Shown here one piece after another: positions 40,101-55,100 of a DNA stretch of 64,000 nt. This DNA is from Callorhinchus milii (Eukaryota): contig NW_024704743.1 of assembly GCF_018977255.1 (NCBI RefSeq), positions 71,736,001 to 71,800,000 of the forward strand. The letters run 5' to 3'. A program made the translations under genes and the position numbers. The notes beneath the pieces are model-generated. The model worked only from the letters and a program-made list of their open reading frames with translations. It searched no databases and was not told the origin of the DNA. Numbering within the stretch: the stretch's first letter is position 1; every line of letters begins with the position of its first letter.

Positions 40101-43100
40101 GTGAAGCGTATTGAGACATCTCGAAGACGTGATAAAGCGCTATATCAAATACAAAGATTATTATTAGTAATAGTAGTATTATAGCTGAGTCCAGTACTGC
40201 CCTTACCTAGCATCTGTACAAGCATACACTTTTCAAAAGGAGTGAGAAACCTAACTGATTGTTCTTTCCCTAACCCAGAAATAATGGAACGAACATTTGT
40301 AGCATTCTTTTTCAATACTCCAGCTGACAATTTTGTTTGGTCAACCAAGGTCTGACACATGCGGAAACCCATCACTATGCTTAAGAATATCCGAACCAAA
40401 CTGAGATTTCCAAGCATCCCACCCACACGTAGAAATCCCTGGGATAGATTATTGGAATGGAATGCACACTGACTCCAGGGAGGGACACATCCTGTTTAAC
40501 TAAATCCCGAAAGTTGGAGTCTAAGCAGCTAAAACCGCATAGCTTTTTTCATTGATACCGCTGCTCTGGCACCTAGGACAACAATATTCTTTAGAGCTTT
40601 GGCTTGCAAGGTTAACAGGAGGTGAATGGGATGGCTCCCTTCCCCCAGTGACCGGTCTGCCCAATGAGCCAGGCTGGCTGTGCCCTGGAATACTGCGGAC
40701 CTGCCTGGCTCAGGAACCAGACAACCGAGATCACCACAGAGGGCTGACTCGATTCTGACATAACATTGCTGGGCCTTGGAGCCAGTTCAGCTCCAAGAAG
40801 ACCCCACTTAAAGGCTAAATTCCTTCACCCTCTGGCATCTCCCTACCTCTCCGACCTCCTCACTCCCTAAACCATCAGACTGGCACCAGCCTCCTGCTCG
40901 TCCCTCGCAACCTGCTCCCCGTCATCGGAGGTCGCACATTCAGCCACTAGGCCCCGAAACTCTAGAACACTTTCCCTCAATTTGTTCGCCTTGCCCCCTC
41001 TCCCTTTTTCAAGTCTAACCTGAAACCTTCCTCTTCGAACGTGCGTACTGACACCTCGTCACCCCCCCACCCACCCGGCTCAGAGTCAGGCTCCATCACT
41101 GTTAAGTGCTCTAAGACTCTACCCAGCATGGAGGGTGCTATATAAGTGCAAGTTGTTCTTGTTGTTGTGAGTTCTGGCTGAGCTCAGCTAACACATAACC
41201 GAGAACAAGGCTGGGACCCTCCTGCTTTATTTGGGCTCATTAGCACAAGGTCCATTTACCACTATTGTAACTTTTTTTTGCGCTGATTGTATCACTCCTG
41301 TTGAACCAAACAAAATCAGTAATTACCTGGAGCTAATTTTAATTTAAGAACCTTTGCTCTACAATTTGTTTAAAAATTAATTCATTAAGCAGAGAAGACA
41401 TGGCATCCTTCATAAAGCCATTCAGTTTTGCATTATTCATGTGAAAAGTGGTTAGTGGATACTTTCACCTACAGTCCATGAATTGCATGAATCTGGCTCA
41501 CTCTCCAATGGGTTTGAGTAATTCCCTGCTACTGGTGCAATATCCTGCACTTGTGCATTGTGAGAAAATGTCATCTGAGTAAAAGTGTAGTGACTGTGCA
41601 AACGATGCAGCCATTTGCGAATAGCAATGTCTGATGAGCAGCCATGGAGTGAGTGTCCAATTTTCAATTTTAGAGGCAAACTTTTTTGTCAAATTAGCAC
41701 AGGTAGTTTAACAGAAGCCCTTAACCATGTGTCTAATTATTCTGTTCAGAGCATATTAAAAAGCAGGTTTCCTTAGACTTTGAAAATGTATTGTGCAGAG
41801 TTAATAATAATAACAATAATAAGTATTGCATTTGATATAGCGCCCTATCACATCTTTGAGACCTCTCAAAGTGCTTCATAGAATAAACTTTAAAGTGAAA
41901 TAACTATATTTTGTGGGTAAAATGCAGTAGCCAATTACACGCAGCAGTGTCCCACAAACTGTTTCGGATTGAATGACCAAATTATTATTATTTTTTTTAA
42001 GGGATTATGATCCCCGGAAAAGCGATCCGCCAATCGACTAACAACCGGGTTCCTATTTGCTGCTAGGTAAACAGAGGTGTGTGGAATAAGGAAACTTGCC
42101 CAACGTTTTGCCTGGCCCGGAAATCAAACCCAAGTCTTCTCGCATGTGAGAAGAGTGCTCTAACCATTGAGCTACAGGAGTTCCTAGGTCTCACCAATGC
42201 ACAACTAAGAATCAGTAATTCTGTATCATAGCTGGAATCAGCATATCCTGAGATTGTGTAATTGCAAAAGTGAATGCAGTTCATTGACCAACGTATTTTA
42301 TCAAATTCCCTTGCTGTGAGTAAAATATACAGCATTTTGTATCCTGCACACATTATTAATAAGACAGCTATTCATTGCTTTTGAGCTGTCAATGTACAGT
42401 TAATGTGTGACCTGGGATCATGTTATCTTGTCGTGTGACCATTGACCATGACCTAAAAGATCATGAGCTCTTTTGCCACATGTGGTCTGGAAACTAAGAA
42501 GACATTTTCAGATCTCTGGATGAGCTGTTGTCAGAAAACCATACATATTCATAAATTAGAAATGGCGTTGTGAGCATGTGACCAAAATATGATGTGTCAA
42601 GGCCCAGATGAAATATATGATAAATATTTCCAATTTGTAAAAATAATCATAGGCAGTCAGAATTTTAATGTTTTATGAGTTAATCCAGATGGCTTTGTTG
42701 TAGCGATGTAGTCTGTTTTGAGGTAAAATCATTCCTGATATCCTCAGTTTACAGGGTCCTCACGATCACTCACTCTCTCACTCTCATTTCTGTGCGTAAA
42801 GATTAAATAGTAATTGACTTCCCTCAGCTGGTCTGTCGCTGACTCATATCACCACAGCAGGTGTAAAAAAAAATGCATTATTCATAGAACAGCTTCTGCT
42901 ATTCTGCTGAAAAGCTATATTCTCCATGTGTCCTGCATGTTGCTTAGCACTGATGTCTTTCATGGATACAGACTGGATGTCAAACATTAAAAATTCAATA
43001 GTAGAATCTGTATTTTATTTGCTCAATGAGATTGGCTGTATAACTGAAGAATCTGAATTAATTATTTACCAAAATTTCTAGTTTATAAGTTGCACCCTTG

Positions 43101-46100
43101 GATGTGATCATGCCCTCTCTAGTCAAATGACCTGCCAGGACTTTCTGTAAAAAAACTCACACATAAATAATAACCACTGGAGCAAGCAATCACCCTTGGA
43201 ACAAAAGCCAAATGAAAGAAAACAGGTATACTTCAAATTCAGATTCAAATTCCTCACTATCCTAGGTTTAAGACATTGGTATTGAAATTCTCTCTGGATC
43301 TTGATTCAATCTATTTGTATAGCATTTCAAAGTCCAGAATTTGGCAAATTCTTCAGTGCAACGTTAATTTTGAAGCTATTATTCTGTAAGTTTATGTTTG
43401 TGCAGAAAATGAAATGTCGACTCCAGTGGAATTTTCTTCCCAAATGCCTTAAAATTTACGTGAATATTGGATAATTCTTAAATTTGGAAGTAGTCTTAAA
43501 CAAAACAAAACTTCCAAATTAAGGCTAATGAGATTTTTCCAAAATTTGCACATATCTTAAATAGTCTTTAACTTAAGACATGAAGATTTCAAGTGTCATA
43601 AGAAAATGAGCAGGCAAACTGATTCCATGTACGTGTGCATATTAAACCAGCAATTACTGGGTTATGACGAACAATGGGGGCCTGTTTATATGAACTTTTG
43701 TGTTCATCAAACGGACTTATCTCACTGGCATAACATATATTCCTATCACTTTTCTTTATCTGTAGGATGAATTTGTCAATAAAGACGTGTTCATGGTTTT
43801 CTTCCAAGGAGAGCAATTTAAAAGCAAAGTGAAGACAATATGTGAAGGGTAAATATTCTATAAACTCTTCTATTACATTCAATGAGAATAAAGGGAATGG
43901 AATGAATGGACCTGGAGAAGAGTTCATGCCTGTCTTTCTCCTTTATTATTGCAGATTCCATGCCACAATGTATCCTTGCCCAGAATCTTTACACAAAAGA
44001 ATGGAATTGAGCATTGGTGTAAATACACGGATTGCGGATCTGAGCATGGTAAGTTCTGAAGCCTCATGTCTAACAATGTAATGTTTACAATTGGAAAGCA
44101 ATCACATAGTACAGTAACCCAAGGTAGCAACCTGCTCATTAAATATCATCCTCATCATAACTCCCACCAATTTCTATTGACTCAGGTTGATGCTAAGCAC
44201 TTACATTTTGCATTTTTCAAACCATACATTGATTGCAGCCTTAGGTACAGATCTGCTTCCAATCTGAACACTATATTTGCCACTGTTACTTCACTCCATT
44301 CTTTGTCAGACATGTTTTTATCATAGTTTTGCTTATCAGTGCTAGATTGGAAATATATACTTCTTTTATAAAAAACCCAAACATCTGTGTACTACAGATT
44401 TACATCACTGATAATACAGTACCTTGCACGTACTTTTAAGAACGAGTGATGAAATTTGATTTTGATACTGTGGTTAATCAGATCAAAACGTCTCAAACCC
44501 TGAAGTGCAGTGAGTGTTATCATATCTGGAAAAAACTGCAGCCTTCAGCTAAAGATGTAAATAAAGTGAGCAACGATTTAGAGGTCAGAGCCAACAATGT
44601 TCAGTATGTGGATACAAATGCACCTAGGAAATTGGAAAGCCCTTAAAGAGGGCAGGAATAAAAGCATGTGTAATCTTTTAAGTCGCAAATGCTTTTCTGT
44701 CCGTTGTCTTTCTGAATAAGATTTAGAATGTTAAAATACTAATATATTGTCTGTACATACCCAAAATTTCTATTAAGATATTTTTCTAGTATTACTGAGG
44801 TTCCCTGCCTCACTTAACACTTTTGTATCACTTTATTCTGCTGTAGGGACTTGTCCCCCTCTCACACCCCTGCTCTCTTCATCTCCATATTATCATCTCC
44901 TGAACTTCAGCTCCAAAATACTGCAACTACTACTAATAATAATCCTTGCATTTGATATATTGTACTGCATTATCATATCATTGAAATGTCTCTAAGCACT
45001 CACAAGATTTACAGCAAAATGTAGTGACTGTGTATTTGTAGTGAACCTGACAGCTAATTTGCACAAAGATTGAGGCTCTCAGTGCCTGAGGTTAGAAGGC
45101 ACTGAGGGGAGCCAAGCAGGAGAGCCTCTGTCTTATTGACATTCAACTGGAGAACGTTAGCTCTCATCCAGGACCATATAGCCCAGTTCTTTTGAAACTA
45201 TAACAACTTATATAGTCCCCTTCACATAGGGTAATGTCTCAGAGCACTTAACAGAGGTGGAGCTTGATTCCGAGCCTGGTAGAAAGGGAAAGTGACCATA
45301 GGTACACTCAAATAGGAAAGTCTTCAGATGCGATCTGAAAATGAATTAAAGGGAGCAAGGCAGGGGGATTGAGGCAGGGATTTCCAGAGATTTGGGGTGT
45401 AGTGCCTGAAAGTACGGCCACCAATGTGAATCTGGGTGAATGATGCAATTTCAGATTTTTCTGTATAAATTTTGCTGTTTCTTCCACATCTCCGCATTCT
45501 GTCCGACATGCACAATTTACCATTTTTGCAAACAGACTGGATAAACATCAGAAATACACCCATTTACACAACAGCTTTCAAGTTGTTAAACATCTCAAAG
45601 CTTTGAGAAGAGTGGGGAATAGAGGGAGTTGAATGGATATTACTGCAGGTGCAGTCAAAGAGATGGGTTATTAAAAGGGTTTTGAAAGTGGAATGGAAGG
45701 GTGCAATGTGGACAGATTTAGGGAGAGTTTCAAACAGTAGAGGCAAAGTGGCTTGGTTGAACGTACAACACAAACTATTGCTGTTTACTCAGCATGCTGA
45801 GCTTTCCCTGGGCCCCTCTTACCTTATAGGCCATTCAAAACACTCACTGAGAGTCATTTCACAATTCATTTCACAACCCATTCCCATTTTAGTGATTAAC
45901 CTACATTTTTTGCAACCTGCACACATTAGACATCATAAAAATATTACACATAATCTCTGTATTACACAGACCAAATCAATCAAAGTGTTGAATTCACAAT
46001 GTAGCATTAAGGGTTTATTGGAACACAATAGATGGTGCAAGTTTCATTTCCATGTCATTTCCACATTATGTGGGTTGGAATATACCAAATACATTCATAT

Positions 46101-49100
46101 TAAGATAAATATGAGATAGTCAAAGCAGACCTAATTTCACCCACAAAACACACACTCAATCCACTTTACAGTATATCCTATGAAGCGCTTTGAGACGTCT
46201 CAATGCTGTGGTAAGGCATTATATCAAATGCAAGGTTTATTATTATTATTATTACAAAGGGAGTTTAGGATAAACGTCTTTATAAGAGGGTGGTGAGAGT
46301 ACGGAACTCACTGCCTGAAGCTATGGTTGAAACAAAAAAGCTTCAATACATTTTAGAGGAAATCGATGCAAACATGTGGATAAGGGAATATAATAATAAA
46401 ATAATAATCCTTGAATGTCAGGGGAACAGACAGAGGGAATAAGTGTGGAGTATAAACACCAGCGCAAACTGGTTGGATCAAAAGGTTTGTTTCAATACTG
46501 TACAGTTTCTAGAATTTTGTGGCATTGTCTTCAGAAAACAACTATATAAATTTAAAAAATACAATCCTAGAAGGTGAATGCAACGAGTCATAGAAATCGC
46601 TTGATTTGTATTCTAACCATATTGTACGATATTTACGTCTGTGGAAACAATGTTTCTCTGAAGGTTTGGTACTGCAATAACACTCTGCACATGAAAAGTG
46701 TTCACCAATTGCATAATTGCCTTATTTCTCTTTGTTCTATTTGGTATCTTACAGAATCCTTTAATGAGTTATGAGTTATGTTCTTTTGGGAGCAAAATGT
46801 AATAAAGCGTAATCCTGTAGGGATTTTTAATTATATATGATAAACTTGGTAATAGAATTACAGTATAAAGGATTTCAATAAAGAAATAAGCAATTCTTTG
46901 AAATTAAAAGGATTCAGGGTTATTAGATGATGAGATGGTTCATTTCATTTTGTAAAGCTGGATGGGAAGGCAATAGTCTACTCTTGCTTGCAATTTTGCT
47001 CTCTTACTTGACAGATATGGAATAATTTCAAAACATGTAGGTGTTTTGGTCAACTTCATTCCATCCCATTCTTTAGAAGTGTCAGTCTGAATCAGTGATA
47101 GCACTCTTTCATCTGGTTCAAACTCGACATTGGGACTTTGAACTCATATGGTCTAGGCTGATACTCCAATGTAGTGTGCTGCATTGTGATGGAGATGTGG
47201 TGTCCTTTGCACGGGACGTTAAACCGAGTTCCTGTCTATTTGTTCAAGTAGATGTTAAAGATCCCATGGGACTATTCAAAAAGAGAAGGAAATTTCTCCC
47301 AATGTTGTGGCCAATGTTCCCCCAAATAATAAAATTGGTTATTCACTTCATGGCTGTGTGCAAATTAACTGTTGCGTTTGCTGAAAAATATACAATCACT
47401 CCATTGCTGTATATCCTGTGAAGCGCTTTGAGACATATCCTGACGTGAAATGAGCTACAACAAATGGAAAGCCAATTGTTATTAACTACTTTCCCTTTCT
47501 TACTTTAAAAATGTAAGAATTATTAAAATTAAGTGTTATGAATACTAATGGATTCTTTACTAATGGGTCAGCTTTAAAAAACATTGAAGTAGAAGTTTAT
47601 ATTTCCTGTTGACCATCTCTCAACTGATAGTGGGAGGTATACAGAATCCATACTTCCTCATGACAGTACCTTTTGTTGTGTTTGATTGCTTCCCTTGGTG
47701 CCTGTGTCCTAATCTCCTACTTTGTCATACTCTGCAGTCTCTTCCCCCATACGAGAGGTGACTGCAATCACATTGATGAAGATTCGGGTGTCATGAATCA
47801 TCTTAACATCTTTAGTGGCAGATTTCCCACTGGGACTCGCGTGTTTCTTTGTCAGCCACCAGAATCTTCACCTCTTTGTTCCTAAAATTGTTTCTCTTTG
47901 TGAAGCTGTTTTATTACCAGCCAAGATAGCAGCCAAATGCTTTTCATGGCACAATCTATTAACTCAAAGCAACCTTTTCTCCTGATCTCATTTAACTACT
48001 ATATTCCCCACTTATAATAATTGATTTAGTTTATATATTTTTTAATGCAACCTTATTTTAAATCACAAACTGATGATTAGGATTCTGAGAAGTCTTCTAC
48101 ATCAATAAAATTGGAAGGGTCAATAAATCAGGTGCTGTGAAGCGCTGTGAGAATTACCTGTGTGAGACTCTGCTGAGCTACTCCACACTGAACACCTCTT
48201 TTGACACCACACAACAACAACTTGCATTTATATAGCTCCCTTCATGAGGGGTAGCATCTCAGAGAACTAGTATGACTAGTGGCTTTTCTGTTATCAGCTC
48301 CTTGTACAATCTATTTGGTGCACAGTATATATGTGCAGACACAGAGATACAGGTGTGCTGTATAGTATAAATGCAGTTGTATTGACAGTTTCATCTAAGT
48401 ATTTTACTACAGCTGCCTGAGAAAAAGTTGTACAATTTGTTGGGTTACAGTGGTAAGTAAGAGAAGCAAGAACATTGTAGTCTGCCTCTGTAAGAAACAA
48501 TTGTCAGGTTGAATCCCTGTACGAAATGACAGTGCAGCAGTGAATCTCCAAGGAAGGAAGAGCTCGCTGGCATATCGCTGTGAATAATAACTGTGTGGTA
48601 TTGTGAATCATTTTGAATCCACATAAGTCAATGAGGGGAATTAAGAATCTCTACAACAAAAATAGAGAGAATGTGTTCAAGAGTCAGGAGAGTGTGTGTG
48701 CAAAACAGGGGAGTGTGTGAGGAATAGGACAGTGTGTGTAAGAAACAGCATGTCACTGCACATGTGTGAAAAACAATATGTCACAATGAGTCTGTGTGAG
48801 TGTGTTGCACTGCAGAAAAGATTTCACTGTGCATCTGTGAGAATAGCAATGTCGCACTGGATCTGAGTGATAAACAAGCTGTCACTGTGAGAGTGTGAGA
48901 AACACTCCGAATGTCACATTGAATATATCAGAGAAACAGGAATGTCCCACTTCACTACTTTTGAGAAATTAGTGTTCATCCCCGTGAGAAATGAAAGTAT
49001 CACAGCATCAGAGTAAAAAATTACATTATCCCAGCAAATACCATTGAGAAACTTTGATTACGTAAATCCTTGTAGGAAATAGGAATTATCTGAGGGAGTA

Positions 49101-52100
49101 TTAGAAACACCTTTCTCTTTTTCAATAACATTGGGTGAACTTTAACATCCACTAGATGAGAATTTGGTCTAACTTCTCATCTGAAGGATAGCATCTGATG
49201 TTGTGCTTGAACCTACAACCTTCTGACCTATCAAGAGTGCTGCCAACTGAGCTAAGATGACACTAAAATAAATGCTAGCTTTGCCAGGAATTCCTATTTG
49301 ACACAAATAGCTGGGATGAATCAGAACATCTGGGGTAAGATCAAATACTTGTGATTCCATCAAAAAGGAATTAGAATAAAGATATGAATTGGTATTGGGT
49401 AAAGGAAATGAGATTAGAGTAGCATCCAGACAGTTGAACAAGAGGATACTGCTTTAGGGTTGTAAAAGACAGTGAATCATTTACAACTCGAAAAGGTTAT
49501 TAGAAAGGGTGGTTGAGGCCAGGTGCTGGACTTGTTTAAAAAACAGCTCAATATCATGATGGAAGGTTGCTGAGGTGGGTATTCTGAAGAGATGAGATCA
49601 AATGGACTAAGCAGTCCTCTTTATCTGAACCTTTAGTTGAATCACTCTTGTGATCTTGTACGAATATGCTGCCAAATCACAGAGGAATCAGTGCAAAAAT
49701 TCTTGTTAGCCATCGTAGAGTGAAGGATATCAGAAGATTCTTGTGATGAGGAAGAAGTGCAAATCTGTTAAAAAGTGAAAATGGTAGAATGAATATCTGT
49801 GAACAATGAAAGTCTCTCCCTCCCCCTTCTCCCTCAGTGAAATGGGAACTAATGGTGCAGCTTTAATCATATAATAATAATCCTTGCATATGATGTCTTT
49901 CACATCAGGATTAAATCACAAAGTAGCTTCACATGATCTACTGTGAAGTGCAGTGACTGTATTTTGTAAGCGAATGCAGCATCCAATTGGCACCTAGCAA
50001 TGTACCACAAACAGTGATTAAATGGATACCCAATTTTATCTGGGGATTTGTTGGCCAGCACACGGGGAGTGAACTCTGACCATCACAATATCTGCTTATA
50101 ATGGTGAATGACTATCAAACATGGGATTGTCACTACAAATTGCACTCGAACAGAGAGAGGTGAGATTAGGTCAGACAGAGGTAATCAAAATTGTGAAGCA
50201 TTTGATAAAATAAATAGGGAGAAACTCTGTATTTCCACTGATTGGTAACCAAACAATAGGTATACAAAAAGTCAAAAGGAAAGGTTAGGATTGTATTTTA
50301 TACAGAAGGTTATTAGGACATGGATAGCCTTACCAAAATAGAGGTTGAGGCTGAATCCATAATAGTTTTTCAAAGGGAATTAGACAAATACCTATACAAT
50401 AAATAACGAGTATGGAGAAAGCACAGGACAGTGGGACTATCTACCATAGGTAGCTTTTTAGTATAGACACTGAATAGACTCCTTCTGTGCTGTAAAGAAT
50501 TTATGATTCCATAAAAGCAGATTTCATAAATTCTTTGAGAATCTCATGGTCTGTGATAAATTCCTACAAAAACAGGAGCAGTGTGAAAAAGCATCCTGTC
50601 CAAATGTGATTGCTGTAACAAAAAAAACAGTATTGTGGCAGACTGCTGAGAGAAGGTCCAATTTTGTGACAAATTGTTATAAGAAAGTGATGTGCAATGA
50701 CAAATTTCTCTGCTAATGTAGATGAGGCAAATCCCTGCAACAAACTACATCTCAACAAATTTCGTGTAAAAAGAAATGAAAACTCTCAAGTGAATCACTG
50801 TAACAGCTGTATTTTGACATTGTGACCAAGCAGTCTGAGAAATGTGAGCATCACAATGAGTTGTTGCAGCAAACGGGAACATGATAGAAAATCCTTACAA
50901 AGTTTTAGAACTCCATCATGGTGAAAGATTATAGCAATGCATCTCAGTGAACCAATACACGGGCAAATGAGTATAAGACTCAGTCCCATTGCGAGCATCG
51001 AGGCCAGTCACTGTGACAAAGAGGAAGTGAACCATTGTGAGAAGGGAGAGAACATTGTGGAGGCCACTGAGAGGCTGAGCCATTGCGATGCTGGACATCA
51101 GAGCATTGTGGTCATCGAGTACAGTTAAATCAGTTTGATGTGGTGACTCAACGTGCTAAACCTGGAGTATACAGCCACATCCCTCTACATTTAAGTTCCA
51201 GGTCTCAGTTGTGCCACTATCGGGAGAGAGAGAGCCAAGTACTTTCACACAGGGAAGCAAATCATTGCAACCATTCTCCCAACCCTTTTAAGCCTGTAAT
51301 CCCACATAGTCCTAGCCTATAACACCATTGTCACAATGAATTTCACAAAAACAGAGAGAGGAAGAGAGAGAGATGAGAGCAGACGTGAGACTTTTAGTCC
51401 TTTTGGAGCTAGTTTCAGAGCAGTGTTTATTCCTGGGTACCATGGGACTCCTCTGAAACAATTTGGATTTATGCAGTATATTTTTCACATAGGGAGGACT
51501 CAAAACACTTGAATTGCCTGTTTCTATATGGAACTGATGGATTGTATAAGTGGAAACAGATGATCTTTCTGATGGACACAGATAGATTATATACTGTATA
51601 TCCTTTCGGAGTGATTGATTGTTGAATGCAAGGAGAGTATCTGCCCTCAGTTTACTGAGTCTGGTAGTTACCATCACAGCATGTGTACAGATCACAAATG
51701 TTCCCAATTTACTATGGTGCTCCAGTTCATCCATTTATGTATCAGTGTGTCCCCAGTAGGATTTAATCATTGGTGCATTAAATAAAGAATTGTACTGAAG
51801 TCCTTCCTGTACTTAATCTAAGATGCAAGTCTGGTGTTTAGTTGGGAGATTGTAACCTTTCAAACATATTACAATAAAGATTAATGTGTTTTTGATTCAA
51901 ATATGAAAGAATAGTGACATAATAATCACATAAGAGTCAATGCAATGACAGTAAATTTAATATTCTTCAGCCGTGCTGGTGAGTTGTGATTTGACATGTG
52001 AAGGACAGCTGTGAAGGTCAAAATATGCAGCTTATGAATATCAATATATATTAACGCTGATAGTTCTCTTCCATGATTTTTACTCCAAGGATGGCGAGGT

Positions 52101-55100
52101 AATGAGTTACATCTTGCTTTTAAGTTTATTTTCTACTGGTACAAGATAGCTGCTTTAAAGCTCCGGAATTGTAGGAAATACAATAACACAAAGAGTATGG
52201 GAAGTGCGTAACGAGTAAGAGAGAGGAGTCATATAATTGGATCCCCCAGTGAACTGGCCTCACTCAATATGAGTTGCCTCGTCAAGACATAGCAGACCTT
52301 GAAACTCCCACTGAAAGTAACGGGATTTTAATATATTTACCAATGATAGACGGGGTCACTGCAGAGACTGTTGCGTTATTTCACAATTTGTGAGTTTTTT
52401 GAATTTGTGAGTGATGGAGACTGCAAAATGCATCAAATCTCAAGGGAATTATTCAAACCTCATTCAACTTGAAATACAATTTACATTTATATAGTGCCTT
52501 TCATGTCAGGAGGACATCACAAAGTGCTTAACAATACTGGATTGTCATCCAAGTTGGGGTGGGAGCCGAGGAGATGGGGGTAAAAATGGCTAGTGCAGTC
52601 AACGAGTTACATTTTGAAATATACAAAGGGAGGGAGCAAGTCAGAGCAACTCTGGAATGGAGTTCCAGTCGGGGCAGAATAGCTGAAAGTCTGCCTGCTG
52701 ATGGTGGGTGGATAGTATAGAGTGGTGTTCGATGAGCGAAGGGAACAGCCAGATCAACGTGTTTAAATGGAATAAATATTAATCATCTTTCAAAATAATC
52801 TGAAACACAGGTGTTGCATGAAAGAATGCTGTGATGCTTTCTAGCTATTCTCATGAAAAAAACAGGTACGTTTCAGATTGTTTTTATTTACTTTCAAATA
52901 GTTTTCCAAAAAATTGTTATCTTTTCAAATTGGACTTTTGGTCTGACATCTTTATTCGTTTTTTTTTTTACTTATCTTTATTCTCAAGACCTTTCTCTTC
53001 GACCGTGCCTTTGGTCTCCCTCCCACCTCTCTGCCTTCCCTCACCCCTACACCACCCCTCCTCCCCCATGCTCGGGCCCCGATACCTGACTGTTCAGCAC
53101 TTTGGGACGTCTTCCCAAAGTGAACGGCGCTCTATAAATGTAATTTTGTTGTTGTTGTTCCCTGCGATATTCTTCTCATGCTCTTTCTTGGTTACCATTG
53201 GATGTATTTCAATGACATTGCGATGTAGGGGGCAGGGCTTGAAGTTTATTGGAATATTCATTATGCTTTTGATGAGAATGGTACATCTGGATGCACCCCC
53301 CCCCCCAACTTCCCCCCTGTCCTCCATCCTCCCCTATCCCGAACCCCAGCTTGGGTCCAAAACTGACTGAGCAGCGCCTTGGGACATCCTCCTGATGTGA
53401 AAGGCGCTATACAAATGTAATTTTGTTGTTGTTGTTGGAGATCAACACACGATTGCCAGAGTTGACAACTTACTCTTGCAGTGTGTAGTTTAATCTGAAA
53501 ATAAATAGCAGTTCATATTTTTATTAAAAACTTTTTTTGCAATTGTTTTGCATTCCTTTTTATGCTTTTTGTTCTCTTGGCTAGATTCCCAGGTTAAGTG
53601 ATAGAAGAATTACAAGCAGAAGTAAATAATAATAATTATAATCTTTTTATTTGATAGAGCACCTTATCAAGTCAATGAGTCGTTTGAACCCGCTTCACAG
53701 AATTTTGCTGTTAAGTGCAGTGACTGCATAGGGAGCCAATTTATGCGCAGTAAATGTCCTACAAACAGCCATAAATGGAATGACCAATTGTATCGGAGAG
53801 CTTATTGTGCAGGACATTAGGAGAAACTTTCTTCTCTTTTTCAATAGTACTGTGGGATCTTTAATGTCCATTTGAACAGGCAGATGGGGCCTCGGTTTAA
53901 CATTTTATCTGAAGGTCGGACCTCCAATAATGCAGCACACCCACAGCACTGCCCTGAAATGTCAGCTTAGACTGCCTGAGTTGAAAACATGGGTACATTC
54001 TAATTCAGAGGCAAAAGTGCTCTCAAAGCTATCCTACACGAAGGGTACTAAATAAATGCAAGTTGTTGTTCATGATGATGCTGTTTTTGGTGTTGTTCCT
54101 ACCAACTGAGCCAGGCTGGCACCTAAAGTACTTTTCGAATTATGCATAGTGATCTCAGCTAATGGTCTAGTGGGTATATGCCCTGCCTAGTGCAGCACCA
54201 AGGTCTACAGAATAAAAAGTTGCAAGTTTAATGTATTGAGTTGACTCTCAGCTAGAGCAGTAGTTTGAGTGAAGGTGTGTGTGTATGCAAATCAGAAACC
54301 TAAAATTTGTCATGGTCTTCACTTTAAAATCATTGTCTTAAAATTTAAGATTGTGCAGCATGTAATTCTTAATTAAGTCTAAATTTGGAAGCCGGTTTTT
54401 CACATTTCTTAAAAGCTCTGAGAAAATTACAGGTTCCAGTGCATGTGGAAATGTATCCTGGTAAATGGAAAGTAAAAAGAGTCAAAGTCCTTCAGGGGAA
54501 AACATTGGTGGTGGGGGAAAAAATACTTCTTCTAACTTTTAACTTCACTATCTGGAAAAGGCAATAGTATATTGTTAATATAATCTACTTCTGTGGAGAA
54601 ATGTCTCTCGCTCTACTCTGTTCTTGTAGTCTGGAACAATAGTGCAAAGGAAAGTAATTTAGCCCATTGTATCCACACGGGCTCTTTCAAGAGCAATCCT
54701 TTCAGTCCCATTTACCTGCCCTTTCCCCATACCTAATCCTGGATCAGGCAATCAATCTCCATTCTGTAATGGTGTTCAGAGAAGATTGCTGTCCGTATGT
54801 TCAGAATACAAGTTTATATCATGAACATATGGACAGCAAAGACTCAGTGCAGCACTCACAGCATAGAATGGGAACCTGCACTTCTCATTTTCAGTTCCCT
54901 GCGAGCAACAGTTTTGGGCAAACACTGACATTTCTGCTCACTAGGAGAATTTTTAAAATATTGTACATTTTGAATTTAAAATGGAGAAATTCTTTGTTTA
55001 AAGTACTCTGCCTTTCATTACTGTTCTCCTTTAACTAGCCTTGTAGCTAAATTGATTACCCTACATTAATATATTTCATCAATATCTTGCCCTATTCCTA

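Noticed and set aside
48665..49050. CRISPR-like array
   Set aside because: Vertebrate intron, eroded tandem units, no repeat-spacer structure and no cas genes.
50494..50536. 13-bp inverted repeat AAAGAATTTATGA / TCATAAATTCTTT
   Set aside because: Short, AT-rich and at a CR1 tail; no evidence of function.
52090..52098. 9-nt in-frame microexon (DGE) in intron 8
   Set aside because: AAG acceptor and a moderate donor; such a match is expected by chance in 15 kb, and it would interrupt a conserved helix.
52831..53370. 179-aa hydrophobic ORF
   Set aside because: Composed of T-rich sequence and L2 tails; no recognisable domain or splice structure.
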